From assembly GCA_000960865.2 (NCBI GenBank), contig JZWU02000002.1:32656-96655 (forward strand): a DNA stretch of 64,000 nucleotides, given 5' to 3'. Below, piece after piece: positions 30,328-41,310 of this stretch (its first letter is position 1; every line of letters begins with the position of its first letter). Source of the DNA: Vulcanisaeta sp. AZ3 (GTDB lineage: Archaea; Thermoproteota; Thermoprotei; Thermoproteales; Thermocladiaceae). The notes beneath the pieces are model-generated. The model was not told the origin of the DNA and searched no databases. It saw nothing but the letters and a program-made list of their open reading frames with translations. Position numbers and translations under genes: made by a program.

Positions 30328-31506
30328 ATGACTGTTGAAAGTCTAATTAATAGGTTGGATGGTTTAGTCTCTAATGACACGATTGAGGAGCCTACGGACA
30401 AGTACATGGTTGATGGTATTAAGCCGAGGATTGTCCTCGTACCTAGGGATTTAGAGGAGTTGAGAACAATAATGCAATTAGTCAATGAGTATAAGGCATC
30501 CGTAATACCAACAATCAGGGGCACCAAGTTATTTATAGGCAATATCCCTAAGTCCTATGACGCAGCCCTTGATTTAGGTAGGGTCGCAAATTACGTGAAG
30601 GCGGATCCTGAGGAAATGGTTGCTGATATAGGCGTTAGTGTGAGTTTCATGGATGCCCAGAATGAATTGACTAGGGTTGGTAGGAGGTTGCCTATGGATC
30701 CATTACTATCGAGTATATCGAGTATTGGTGGTGTCATGGCACTAAATCTATACGGACCAATGGCCCATAGGCTATTAACCACTAGGGATCTTGTCCTAAG
30801 AGTTAGGGCTGTACTGCCTGGTGGGCATGTGGTTAAGTGGGGTACTGGAATGATTAAGGATGTTGCAGGTTATAATCTGAAGAGGGTCTTCATAGGTTCC
30901 ATGGGTACTTTGGGGGTTATTTACGAAGTTAACACTAGGCTCCTGGCAGTACCTGAGGTGGAGGCTGTGGTTTCAATTAGGGAGCCTATGGACCTTAGGT
31001 CCTTGAGGAGGTTTATGGGTATGGGTTACATAAGTATTAATGGCATGACTTACATTAGGCTTGAAGGTGTTAAGGAGGAGGTTGAGTATAGGATTAGTTC
31101 GATTAAGGGTGAGGTTTACTATGGTAGGGAGGCCTACGAGCTTTGGTATAGGGTTACCTCGATGGATGAGCTGTTCGATAATTATCCCGTAATCCTAAAG
31201 ATAATAACTCCACCTGCCCAATTAGGTAATATTATTGGCTTAATCAATGGTTATTTAGTGACATTGCCAATGCTTGGGATTGCTTATGTTGGTGTGAGTA
31301 GTATTGATGTTAAGACTATAAGTAATGTGAGGGAGGAGGCTACCAAGGTTGGTGGGTATGTTGTTGTTCTTAAGGCACCGCTAGACATTAAGAGAGGTAT
31401 TGATGTATGGGGCGTAACCACAAATGTTGACTTAATGAGTAAGTTGAAGGGTGTTTTTGATCCTAGTGGTATTATGAACCCAGGTAGATTTGTGGGTGGT
31501 ATTTAA
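30328..31506 (+). CDS. glcE: Glycolate oxidase FAD-binding subunit
   Basis: IKDVAGYNL...GSMGTLG; FDPSGIMNPGR; lies between glcD and glcF. Confidence 0.85.
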   Translation: MTVESLINRLDGLVSNDTIEEPTDKYMVDGIKPRIVLVPRDLEELRTIMQLVNEYKASVIPTIRGTKLFIGNIPKSYDAALDLGRVANYVKADPEEMVADIGVSVSFMDAQNELTRVGRRLPMDPLLSSISSIGGVMALNLYGPMAHRLLTTRDLVLRVRAVLPGGHVVKWGTGMIKDVAGYNLKRVFIGSMGTLGVIYEVNTRLLAVPEVEAVVSIREPMDLRSLRRFMGMGYISINGMTYIRLEGVKEEVEYRISSIKGEVYYGREAYELWYRVTSMDELFDNYPVILKIITPPAQLGNIIGLINGYLVTLPMLGIAYVGVSSIDVKTISNVREEATKVGGYVVVLKAPLDIKRGIDVWGVTTNVDLMSKLKGVFDPSGIMNPGRFVGGI

Positions 31507-32810
31507 TGAGTAGTATTGCTGAGGAGTTTCTAAAGGATGGTTTAGAGCAGGCGTATAAGTGCGTGCATTGTGGATTCTGCCTACAAACATGCCCAACATA
31601 CCTTGCTACGGGTAATGAGGCTGATAGCCCCAGGGGCAGGATATACTTAGTTAAGGCATTACTAACAGGTGGAGTAGATGCTACAGAATCTGTCCTTAAG
31701 CATTTATCCCAATGTGTAATATGTAGGAGGTGTGAAACGGCTTGTCCCTCTGGGGTTGAGTATAGTAGGGTTATTTATGCGGCGTATGCATATCTAGGGG
31801 ACAAGTTGGTTAATTATGATTACCCAATACATGTGAGGTTAGGTTATAGGTTAATAACAGAACCCACAATTATAAATGCCGCATTGAGCCTTGGTGAGAA
31901 ACTACCGAGTGTACCCAATCAATTGAAGGGATTTATAAGGTCCAGGGGTGATGTGAGAATTAGTGAATTGCTTGGTCGGGAATACTTACCGCCGTCACAT
32001 AAGTCTATTAGGGGTACTGTCGTCATGTTTGCGACAGATTCCTGTATCACATGGCAATCATATGCATACGTAGTCCTTGAGGCAATTAGGGTATTAACCT
32101 GGAATGGGTATAGGGTTTTATTGCCGAGGGGATTTTCATGTTGTGGTGCTCCGTACATGCACATGGGTGATTTTAAAACCGCGGCTAAGTTGGCCTTGAA
32201 TAATTTGAGAAGGCTCTCGGAGTATTGGGGTGATGCTGATTATTTCGTAATTGTCAATTCAGGGGGTTGCCAGGCTCAGTGGCTTGAGTATCCGCACTTA
32301 GTTAAGGAGGGTGAGTTGGGTAAGCTTGCTCTTGAATTGAGGGGTAAGTTGGTGGATGTTATGCAGGTACTTGATATGAATGGTTTAGATGGTGTTTTGG
32401 GTAGTGTGAGGATGAGGTTATCGATTCAGCATAGTTGTCACTTAATGAATGTGGCTAAGGCCCACGAGCCGGTGGTTAGGGTTTTGAGTAAGGTGCCTGG
32501 TGTAGAGGTTAGGGGTTTAGATACTGCGGATATTTGTTGTGGAGCTGGTAACATGTACCCGGATAGGCATCCTGAAATTGCAGAGAAGGTTCTTAGGCTT
32601 AAAGTGGAGGATATTGAAAGTTGGAAACCGGATGCCTTAATTGTGGAAAGTCCTTCGTGCATGTCATACCTAAGCTGGGCATTGCCGAGGGTTGGTGTTA
32701 AGGTTAGGCTCATGTATCCAATAAGTATTATTGATATGGCGTATAGGGCTGGTGGTAATCCAGGATATATAGATGTCATGTCTAGATCCAGGGTCTTGAG
32801 CGAGCATTAA
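31506..32810 (+). CDS. glcF: Glycolate oxidase Fe-S subunit (CCG domains)
   Basis: CVHCGFCLQTCPTY...SPRGRI, CVICRRCETACPSGV, two CCG motifs. Confidence 0.9.
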   Translation: MSSIAEEFLKDGLEQAYKCVHCGFCLQTCPTYLATGNEADSPRGRIYLVKALLTGGVDATESVLKHLSQCVICRRCETACPSGVEYSRVIYAAYAYLGDKLVNYDYPIHVRLGYRLITEPTIINAALSLGEKLPSVPNQLKGFIRSRGDVRISELLGREYLPPSHKSIRGTVVMFATDSCITWQSYAYVVLEAIRVLTWNGYRVLLPRGFSCCGAPYMHMGDFKTAAKLALNNLRRLSEYWGDADYFVIVNSGGCQAQWLEYPHLVKEGELGKLALELRGKLVDVMQVLDMNGLDGVLGSVRMRLSIQHSCHLMNVAKAHEPVVRVLSKVPGVEVRGLDTADICCGAGNMYPDRHPEIAEKVLRLKVEDIESWKPDALIVESPSCMSYLSWALPRVGVKVRLMYPISIIDMAYRAGGNPGYIDVMSRSRVLSEH

Positions 32811-32858
32811 ATTTATTATATAGGCAATGCTTATAAGATAAATAGTAAACAGAGCATA

Positions 32859-33791
32859 ATGCGTAGACTCTGTGTTAGGGTTCCGGCCTCAATAGCGAAT
32901 TTAGGGCCTGGATATGATATACTAGCCCTGGCGCTTGAGTCTCCCTACGATATTGTCTGTGCTGAGTTAACTGAGGGTAGCGATGTTGATGTTAGGCTTG
33001 AGGGGCCTTTTGCTAATCACGTGAAGATTAATGCCATCTCTGAATTAACTGTTTATCCAGTTATAGAGGAGTTCCGGAGGATTGTGGGGACTAGGTTTGG
33101 GGTTAAGGTGATTGTTCATAAGGGTATTAAGCCAGCCAGTGGTTTGGGTAGTAGTGGTGCTGATGCGGCCGGCATTGCTTATATTTTAAATAAGTTACTT
33201 AATCTAGGCCTTAGTAATAAGGATCTCGTTAGGATTGCGTCGCTCGGCGAGATCGTGTCTGCTGGCGCGCCTCATATGGATAATGTTTCTGCATCATTGC
33301 TTGGGGGTTTGGTGATCATCAATCCTGTGACTAATGACTTACTTCAGGTTAGGGTTAGTGAGGATCTCTGGTTATTGGTTGTGATGGCTGGTAGTAAGGC
33401 TAGTACTAGTGAGATGCGTAAGGTTGTTCCTCGAGAAGTACCTATTGAGAGCTTTAAGAATAATGCTGCTTACGTAGCAATGATAGTTCATTCCCTAATG
33501 ACAGGTGATGCAGAGACTCTGGGTAAGGCCGTAAGTAATGACTCAATAGTAGAGCCGAGGAGAGCGCCGCTTTATCCTCATTACTCACTGGTTAGGAATG
33601 CCTTGATTAAGTTTGGCGCTGTCGGTGTTTCTTTGGCGGGTGCGGGTCCATCAATGTTTGGCATATTTCGAGAGAGACCTCCTGTGAATTTGATTAGTGA
33701 CTCCTTGAGATCTTTGGAACTCACTGAGCATCAATTAATACTTACTAGGCCTAGTAATCAAGGGGTTTTGGAGAGTAATTTTATTTACTAA
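32859..33791 (+). CDS. thrB: Homoserine kinase
   Basis: VPASIANLGPGYD, GLGSSGA, HMDNV, AGAGPS. Confidence 0.92.
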   Translation: MRRLCVRVPASIANLGPGYDILALALESPYDIVCAELTEGSDVDVRLEGPFANHVKINAISELTVYPVIEEFRRIVGTRFGVKVIVHKGIKPASGLGSSGADAAGIAYILNKLLNLGLSNKDLVRIASLGEIVSAGAPHMDNVSASLLGGLVIINPVTNDLLQVRVSEDLWLLVVMAGSKASTSEMRKVVPREVPIESFKNNAAYVAMIVHSLMTGDAETLGKAVSNDSIVEPRRAPLYPHYSLVRNALIKFGAVGVSLAGAGPSMFGIFRERPPVNLISDSLRSLELTEHQLILTRPSNQGVLESNFIY

Positions 33792-33800
33792 GGTTACTGG

Positions 33801-34910
33801 TTGGTCGATACTGTGAGGGTAGTGATTGTTGGAGCTGGTGTTGTGGGTTCCGTATTGTCACTGTTACTGCGTATGGATGGTATTGATACCGTGATTGTGG
33901 ATCCAGACGTTAGGAGGCCAGGCGTGCCATTAATACACTCTAAACTATTGAGGTTTAAGGAGGACATCGAGTTGGCCAGTATTTCTGAGGATATTTATCG
34001 AAAAATCAGTGACTTCCTTGGCGTGGAATTGCTTAGGCCCATGGAGTCAATAACGATTATTAGGGAGGATTGTAAGAATGAGGTTGATGGCTTAATACCG
34101 CTGTGGTCCTCCGTAGGTTCTAAGGCTGATTATGTGGATTGTAAGGACTTGGGTGTTAGGGTTTATGATGGGGAGTTGTGTGTATTGGGTAATGGCGATA
34201 ATTTAGTGAATATTCCTAGGGTCATTAATTACGTTAGGAGGAGTGAGGGTTATATTCGTGGGTATGCGCATGTTAAGGATACCCATAGTGTATTGACACG
34301 GGCTGGTCTAGTTAAGGGTGATTTCATCATAATTACTGGTGGGGCTTGGAATAAAACCATATTGAGCGAGCTTGGTATCAAGGTTCCCCTACAACCCTAT
34401 AAGTGCCAGGCTCTGGGATTATTGACCAAGAGGCTCACGAGAATAGTCTATGATTACTCCTTGGACTTTTACTTAAGGCCTGTGGGGCTTTGGTTTGATG
34501 GTTTAACGTCGCTTGTTAGTCTTTCCTTGGTGGCTGCTGGTGATGGTAATTCTAGTGTTGAGGATCTTAATAATGCCTCTGTTGATGATTGGTTTAAGGA
34601 GGAGATTATTAGGAAGGTTAGGGCTAGGTTGGGTTGGGCCGTGAGTATTACCTCAAATTACGGCTTCTGCGAATTAACACCAGATACAAAGCCCCTCATT
34701 GGTGCCTTTGAGTCTGGAGGGTTAGTGTTGCTTGGTGGTTTTGATGGCTATGGAGCTGAGGTTGGACCTGCCCTGGCTCTAGCTGTTAAGGATTTCATAA
34801 TTAGAGGTTCCTGGCCTTCCTATGTAAGGCAGTACTTAATTGATAGGTTCTTGAATGGTTGGCCTGAGTCTTGGGATGTGGATGTTGAGGCTCATGAGCT
34901 GTGTCGTTAA
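33801..34910 (+). CDS. FAD-dependent oxidoreductase (DAO/sarcosine oxidase-like)
   Basis: VIVGAGVVG, TPDTKPLIG, GFDGYG. Confidence 0.8.
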   Translation: MVDTVRVVIVGAGVVGSVLSLLLRMDGIDTVIVDPDVRRPGVPLIHSKLLRFKEDIELASISEDIYRKISDFLGVELLRPMESITIIREDCKNEVDGLIPLWSSVGSKADYVDCKDLGVRVYDGELCVLGNGDNLVNIPRVINYVRRSEGYIRGYAHVKDTHSVLTRAGLVKGDFIIITGGAWNKTILSELGIKVPLQPYKCQALGLLTKRLTRIVYDYSLDFYLRPVGLWFDGLTSLVSLSLVAAGDGNSSVEDLNNASVDDWFKEEIIRKVRARLGWAVSITSNYGFCELTPDTKPLIGAFESGGLVLLGGFDGYGAEVGPALALAVKDFIIRGSWPSYVRQYLIDRFLNGWPESWDVDVEAHELCR

Positions 34911-34965
34911 TGATGGGGTTGCCTTATTAATGGGTTAGTTTCTTGTGTTAATGAAGTCTTGAGTT

Positions 34966-37259
34966 ATGAGGATTGAGGATTTGGCGTTGCCTGATGTGCT
35001 TAGGGACTTCATTACTAAGGAGAGGGAGGTTAAGGAGTTATATCCTCCTCAGGAGGAGGCTGTTCGTAAGGGTTTATTTGATGGTAGGAATCTCGTCATG
35101 TGCACGACCACGGCAACTGGTAAGACCTTAATGGCTGAGTTAGCCATGGTAAATGCGGTTTTGACGCGGGGGTTAAGGCAATACTTGCTGTGCCGTTGAG
35201 GGCATTGGCGTATGAGAAAGTTGAGGATTTGAGGATTTATGAGAGGATTGGTGTTAGGGTTGCAGTTACGACTGGTGAGTATGATAGAGATGATGCTTGG
35301 TTGATGAATTACGACATTGTGGTTACTACGTATGAGAAGCTCGATAGTTTATTGAGACATAGGGTTGATTGGCTTAGGCAGGTTGGTGTTTTGGTGATTG
35401 ATGAGATTCACTATGTGGATGATGATAAGAGGGGGCCAATAATCGAGTCAATAATAGCCAAGGTGAAAGCCTTAGGATTGAATACGCAAATAATTGCTTT
35501 ATCAGCAACCGTGGGTAATGCCGAAGAGGTTGGAAAGTACTTAGGTGCTGAGGTTGTGGAGTCTGATTGGAGGCCTGTGAGGCTTAGGGAGGGCGTCTAC
35601 TATGATGGCGTTATTTACTACTCGGATGGTGATAGAGCTGTGATTAAGGATCTTGGTAACCCAGTGATTTCTTTAATTATGGACACATTGCTTAATGGTG
35701 GACAGGTCCTAGTCTTCACTAATTCGAGACAGAACACGTTGAAGCTTGCACAACAGATTGCCCATTATATATGTAATTCTGGCGTCAAGATTGTAGAGCC
35801 CAAGGAACTGGCTAAGTTATCTGATGCCATAGTAGAGGCCTCGCAATCTAAATTACTCGGCGATGAGTTAGCCAGGGTTGTGAAATGTGGTGTTGCATTT
35901 CATCATGCTGGTTTAGACATGAATGTGAGATCAATTGTAGAGGATGCATTTAGGAACAGGGTGCTTAGGGTTGTTGTTGCCACAACAACCCTGGCTGCTG
36001 GTGTTAATTTACCTGCTAGGAGGGTCATAATTCATGAGTATAGGAGGTATGAGCCGGGTATTGGTATGGTGGAGCTTCCTGTCATGGAGTATAAGCAAAT
36101 GGCTGGTCGTGCTGGTAGGCCTGGCCTTGATCCGTACGGTGAGGCTATATTGATTGCTAGGAGTGAGGATGAGGTTGATTATTTAATTAGGAATTACATA
36201 AATGCTGAGGTTGAGGCTGTTAAGTCCAAGTTCCTTACGGACAAGAACTTGGCAACACACCTACTTTCAGCAGTAGCCAGCGGCTATGCCTCGAGTATGA
36301 ATGATTTAATGAGGTTTGTATCCTCAACCTTAGGCTATGTGCAGGGTGGCTTTGATAGGAATGAATTCTTTAGAGATTTATTGAGGAGGAGGATTGATGA
36401 TGTTGTGAGTTTCCTCGTTAACTCAGGCTTTCTGAGAAGGGAGGATGATTATGTGACAGCCACTGCTTTGGGTTCATTGCTTAATAATGTGTACCTTGAT
36501 CCATACACTGCCAATACATACATACATGGCCTAAGGAGTAGGGATGAGTCTAATGATCTTGGATATATTCAATTGATCATTCAATCTCAGGAAGTACCTA
36601 GGTTAAGGGTTAGGAGGGGTGAGTTTGATGATTACTTAAGTATGGTTCTTGATAATTGGGATTACTTACTCATAAAGCCACCACTTAGTAGGGATGAGGT
36701 TGAGAATGGTGAGTTTGAGGATGAGGAGCTTGAGGATTATTTATCAACAGTGAAGACTGCGGCAATGCTTATTGAATGGATTAATGAGGTCTCGGAGGAT
36801 GAATTGTACAAGCGTTATGATGTGGGGCCCGGCGATCTTAGAGTATATAGTGATTTAATGAATTGGCTAGGCAGTGCAGTAACTAGGCTGGCAAGTGCGT
36901 TGGGCATGAGGAAGCATTGGGAGAGACTTGAGGTCCTTAGGTGGAGATTAACGTACGGCGTTAAGGAGGAGCTTTTAGAGCTTGTGATTAACCTTGAGGG
37001 TGTTGGTAGGGCTAGGGCGAGGGCTCTTTATAATGCTGGTTTTAGGAGTGTTGCTGATATTGCGAGTGCGGATTATAGGGTGATTAGCGGCATTAGGGGT
37101 TTTGGCGATAAGCTTGCCAGTTCGATAGTTGAGCAGGCTAGGAGACTGATCAATGAAGGTAAGGTCGTTAAGCCAATGATTAGTACTGACAATATGAATA
37201 GTGAGATTGGTAAACAGGGATATACCAGGAGACATGGTTCTCTCCTCGATTATTTATAG
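34966..37259 (+). CDS. hel308: Ski2-like helicase Hel308/Hjm; frameshift at about 35170
   Basis: LYPPQ, TATGKT, then PLRALA, DEIH, LSAT, FHHAGL, TLAAGVNLPA, QMAGRAGRP; one extra G in the G5 run 35168-35172 fuses the two ORFs. Confidence 0.95.
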
Positions 37260-37311
37260 AACTTTGATATCGGAAGTGAAACTTAAATAATTAATAATTC
37301 TTAATGCATCA

Positions 37312-38100
37312 ATGATTGATAGGGCTGTTATTACTACTGGTGGTTTGGGATCTAGGATGAGAGACATGACTCTTATTGTGCCGAAGGCCTTACTCCCATT
37401 AATACGTAGGGATGAGAAGCCTGCTCTAATTCCAATTATTGATTTAATAATTGCTAGGCTTAGGGGTGTTGGCGTTTCCAAGTTTTTAATTGTTATTGGT
37501 AGGAATGGTAAGCCACTCATTGATTACCTAATGGATAAAGTATTCTCAGGCTCATTAAATGGCATTCAAATATCATTTACATTCCAAGAAAGCCCCAGGG
37601 GCTTTGGGGATGCTGTGCTTAAGGCTGAGGATTTTGTTAATTCAAATCCATTCTTTGTGCATGCGGATGATGGCTTATTAACAATGGGCTATGCAGAGGG
37701 TGTTAAGGTATTTAATGAGTTAAGGCCTGATGCCCTACTATTCCTAAGGGAGGTTAGTAATCCGAGTAGGTATGGTGTTGCTATTATTAAAGATGAGAAG
37801 TTGATTAATGGATTTAGGCTTGTTAAGGTTTTGGATGTTGAGGAGAAGCCTCCAAGGCCTAGGTCAAACATTGCCATACTAGCAACCTACATATTCAGCA
37901 AGAAGATTATCGACGCCCTCAAAACAATAAACATCACCGAGGGGGAACTTGAACTAACCTATGGTATTAAGAGGATTATAGAAATGGGGGGTGAAATCTA
38001 CGGATTAGTACTATCACAAGACACATGGTTAAGCGTAGGAGACCCAGAAAATTATATAAAAACCATAAACAAAACATACAACCTCGACATAGAAAGATAA
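37312..38100 (+). CDS. Sugar-phosphate nucleotidyltransferase (GalU/RmlA-like)
   Basis: AVITTGGLGSRM...PKALLP, QESPRGFGDAV, VEEKP. Confidence 0.9.
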   Translation: MIDRAVITTGGLGSRMRDMTLIVPKALLPLIRRDEKPALIPIIDLIIARLRGVGVSKFLIVIGRNGKPLIDYLMDKVFSGSLNGIQISFTFQESPRGFGDAVLKAEDFVNSNPFFVHADDGLLTMGYAEGVKVFNELRPDALLFLREVSNPSRYGVAIIKDEKLINGFRLVKVLDVEEKPPRPRSNIAILATYIFSKKIIDALKTINITEGELELTYGIKRIIEMGGEIYGLVLSQDTWLSVGDPENYIKTINKTYNLDIER

Positions 38101-38121
38101 CACTTATAGAGGGAGCTATGC

Positions 38122-39126
38122 ATGATTGTTAATATAATCCTGTCCAGAAATAGGGTATCTAAGGAGATTAGGACTGGTATTAAATTGAGGCTTGAGAATC
38201 CACCGCCTGGTGTTAGTTACAGGATTATTAATGAGCCGGTTGGGTTATTGCCATCTAATAATGATTATTATATAACGATGGACACAACCCTTAAGTGGTT
38301 CCTTAAGGTCTTTACTGAGCCTATTTATTCGTTGAGACTTAGAGACTTGACTCATGCTTTCTTTCTAAACCTATATATACCGCATTCTCCATGGGTTCAG
38401 GAGATAGACCAACCAATATTCGATTTATTCGAGAAGTATCTGGGGAGGTCTAGGAATGATGCTCTTTATAGGATGGCTGTTAGAGTCTTTAGGAGCTTAT
38501 TTAATAGGAATGACGTTACTATTGTTACTTGGACCCAGTGGAGTAAGGCTGGGCTTGAGGAGGAAGGGTTTAAGGATGTCAGGGTTGTACCGCCACCGAT
38601 GAGGACTGGAGTTAGAAGAATTGATAATGTTATTACTGTCGGTTTCATCGGTGTTGATTACCGTAGGAAAGGTGGTGATATTGCTGAGGAGGTTATGGTT
38701 AAGTTACCGAGGTGGGTTAGGAAGGTCTATGTTGGTGTGAGTCCAAGGATGGTTGATGGTATTGAGTACCACAGGCCAATGGCTAGGAATGAATTACTTA
38801 AGTTAATGTCTGAGTTCGATGTCTTATTATTTCCAACTAGGGGTGAGGCCTATGGTATCACAGTTCTTGAGGCCCTGAGCCTGGGTATACCTGTGATTTC
38901 ATCAAGCATAGGTCCTATGTCTGAGGTCGTTGGTGAGGGGGGCATACTCTGCGAGGTTGATGATACTAAATGCTTCCTAGAAAGTGCAAAGGAGCTTGTA
39001 AATTCACCAGAGTATGCAATGGAGTTGGGGGCTAGGGCTAAGGCCATGGTGGCCAGGAGACATTCTCCTGAGGTTATTGGTAAGGAGTTATTATCAATTT
39101 ATAGAGAGTTGGGTAATGATGAGTGA
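38122..39126 (+). CDS. Glycosyltransferase family 4
   Basis: RKGGD, FPTRGEAYGITVLEALSLGIPVI. Confidence 0.9.
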   Translation: MIVNIILSRNRVSKEIRTGIKLRLENPPPGVSYRIINEPVGLLPSNNDYYITMDTTLKWFLKVFTEPIYSLRLRDLTHAFFLNLYIPHSPWVQEIDQPIFDLFEKYLGRSRNDALYRMAVRVFRSLFNRNDVTIVTWTQWSKAGLEEEGFKDVRVVPPPMRTGVRRIDNVITVGFIGVDYRRKGGDIAEEVMVKLPRWVRKVYVGVSPRMVDGIEYHRPMARNELLKLMSEFDVLLFPTRGEAYGITVLEALSLGIPVISSSIGPMSEVVGEGGILCEVDDTKCFLESAKELVNSPEYAMELGARAKAMVARRHSPEVIGKELLSIYRELGNDE

Positions 39127-40318
39127 TTATGTAAATTACACCGTAACGACATTGATGGATTTGATAAGGATTAGGTCAGTGGCACCGCCTGGCGAGAACT
39201 ATATTGATATTGTGAATTACATCAGTAAGTGGTTATCAGAGTTTGGGCTGAATACTCGCGTGACTGAGGTGCCTAAAGGTAGGGTTAGGGAGTATTACCC
39301 TGAGTGGGGTGATTATCCTAGGTATATAGTATTTGCTGAATTCTGTAATTCGAAGAGTAATAAGCTCCATTTTAATGCCCACTATGATGTTGTTCCTGGA
39401 GGTAGTGGTTGGTTAGTAACTGATCCATTTAAGCCTGTTCTCATTAATGGTAGGGTTTATGGTAGGGGTGCTTCTGATGATAAGGGTGGTGTTGCTGCAT
39501 TAATGCTTTTGGCAAGGAGACTAAGCAGACTTAGTGAGTTTAATGGTTGTGTTGAGTTCTCGTTCACGCCTGATGAGGAGATTGGTGGGTTAACTGGTGT
39601 TAATTATCTCATGGAGGTAATTCCAAAACCTAATTATGCGGTGGTTGTGGAGCCAACGGGGCTTAATAATATTTGGATTGGTAGTATGGGTGTTCTGCAG
39701 TTAGATGTTATTGTTAGAGGAGTGTCAGCTCATGCCTCTCAATCCTGGCTTGGCATTAACGCATTTGAGGATGGCGTTCTCCTAGCTCATGTTCTCATTA
39801 ATGGTTTGGTTAGGGATGTTAATGATAAAGAGTTCATGGGTGAGAGAGCTACTATGGTGCTTGGCGGCCTTGTTAGTAGTGGGGTTACTAGGAACCTGGT
39901 TCCTGGTTATTTTCAATTCTCAATAGATAGAAGATTACTACCTAATGAGGAGTCTAGTTTTGTAATCAGAGAGATAATGAATTATATTGATAGGTATAAG
40001 GCAGAGTTAAATATTAAATCGTCCGTAGATATTAACGTGGTTAATACCATTGAGTCAGCAATGAATAATAAGGATTCTCCACTTATCAAGACACTCATTA
40101 ATACAGTGAGAAAGGTACTTTATGTTGAGCCAACACTATCTATATCGAGATCTCCAGTTGATACTAGGTACTTCCAGAGGCTTGGTGTTGATTCTGTAAC
40201 CTACGGACCAGGTGATGTGACTTCAGCACATGGACCGGATGAATACATAAATGTGAATGATATATTATTAGCTTCGGAAGTGTACCTAAGGTTAGCAATG
40301 AGTATCCTTAATGGCTAA
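39116..40318 (+). CDS. M20 family metallopeptidase (ArgE/DapE-like)
   Basis: HFNAHYDVVP, YGRGASDDKGG, DEEIGG, AHGPDE; real start about 39116. Confidence 0.92.
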   Translation: MMSDYVNYTVTTLMDLIRIRSVAPPGENYIDIVNYISKWLSEFGLNTRVTEVPKGRVREYYPEWGDYPRYIVFAEFCNSKSNKLHFNAHYDVVPGGSGWLVTDPFKPVLINGRVYGRGASDDKGGVAALMLLARRLSRLSEFNGCVEFSFTPDEEIGGLTGVNYLMEVIPKPNYAVVVEPTGLNNIWIGSMGVLQLDVIVRGVSAHASQSWLGINAFEDGVLLAHVLINGLVRDVNDKEFMGERATMVLGGLVSSGVTRNLVPGYFQFSIDRRLLPNEESSFVIREIMNYIDRYKAELNIKSSVDINVVNTIESAMNNKDSPLIKTLINTVRKVLYVEPTLSISRSPVDTRYFQRLGVDSVTYGPGDVTSAHGPDEYINVNDILLASEVYLRLAMSILNG

Positions 40319-40387
40319 TGATTAATCTGACCTAGGGTCTAGGTTAGGTAAATGTTTTTATACACATGCCTTTATGGGGTTGTTAAT

Positions 40388-40942
40388 ATGGCTAGAATTG
40401 ATTGGAGTGTTAGCGCTGAGGATATAATTAAGCGAGTTAAGGATGTTTATGGAGTAAGTATTAGTGACGAACAGGTGGTGAAGGCCCTTGGTTATGAGTT
40501 TAGAATTAGTTGGAAGAAGGCTATTGAGGTTGCAAGGTTCATTAGAGGCTTCACTATTAAGCAGGCTGAGGAGTACTTAAACAACGTCATTAACATGAAG
40601 TCGCCAGTACCAATTAGAAGATTCATAAAGAAGCAAGCACATCATACCACGCCATGGGAGGGTTGGCCTGTGGCTAAGTGGCCTGTTAAAGTGGCTAGGG
40701 CCTACCTCGAGGTGCTTAAGAACCTGGAGAATAATGCTAATTATAGGGGGTTAAATGTTGATAATGTTGTAATTATACATGCGGCTGTGCATAGGGGTCG
40801 TAAGATAAGGAATTATATGCCTAGAGCATTTGGAAGGTCAACACCTTGGTTCCAGGACACAGTAACTATCGAATTAGCCGGTGCTGAATTGCCTGAGGAG
40901 AATGTTCCTAAGAGAATAAAACTGAGGCCTAAACCCTACTAA
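40388..40942 (+). CDS. rpl22: 50S ribosomal protein L22
   Basis: RISWKKAIEVAR.IRG, KWPVK, NLENNA, MPRAFGRS. Confidence 0.95.
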   Translation: MARIDWSVSAEDIIKRVKDVYGVSISDEQVVKALGYEFRISWKKAIEVARFIRGFTIKQAEEYLNNVINMKSPVPIRRFIKKQAHHTTPWEGWPVAKWPVKVARAYLEVLKNLENNANYRGLNVDNVVIIHAAVHRGRKIRNYMPRAFGRSTPWFQDTVTIELAGAELPEENVPKRIKLRPKPY

Positions 40943-41310
40943 TGCTTCCTCCTCAGAAAGATTACTAGGTACTTGATACCTAACCTCCTTAGGAATTTTA
41001 TTAGTAATGTGTCATCAGTGACGACTACAGGATTCTTGTCCCTTAATCTAATTGCAAGTGCTATCAATGAGACATCGGCATCACTCAATAATCTTGGTAT
41101 GTGGTAATTCCTCCTTACTTCATTAATCTCATCCCTATCCATCTCATAGACCTCAAGATTAAGTAATTCAGGCATTACCATAGCCCTCACATCCTTAAGC
41201 TCCTCTATTACGTAGTTAGTCGTTATTAAATGACCAAGGCTTATTAACGACCGTGCATCCCTCGCATGCAGCATTGCGGATGTATCCAGTATTATTATGG
41301 GTTCACTCAT
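40939..41310 (-). CDS. PIN-domain nuclease (Nob1-like, short)
   Basis: ILDTSA, VIEEL, LSDADVSLIALA, VVTDD. Confidence 0.8.
   Translation of the reverse strand: MSEPIIILDTSAMLHARDARSLISLGHLITTNYVIEELKDVRAMVMPELLNLEVYEMDRDEINEVRRNYHIPRLLSDADVSLIALAIRLRDKNPVVVTDDTLLIKFLRRLGIKYLVIFLRRKH

Noticed and set aside
40388-40942. rpl22 outside the S10 cluster
   Set aside because: Dispersed ribosomal protein genes are normal in Thermoproteales
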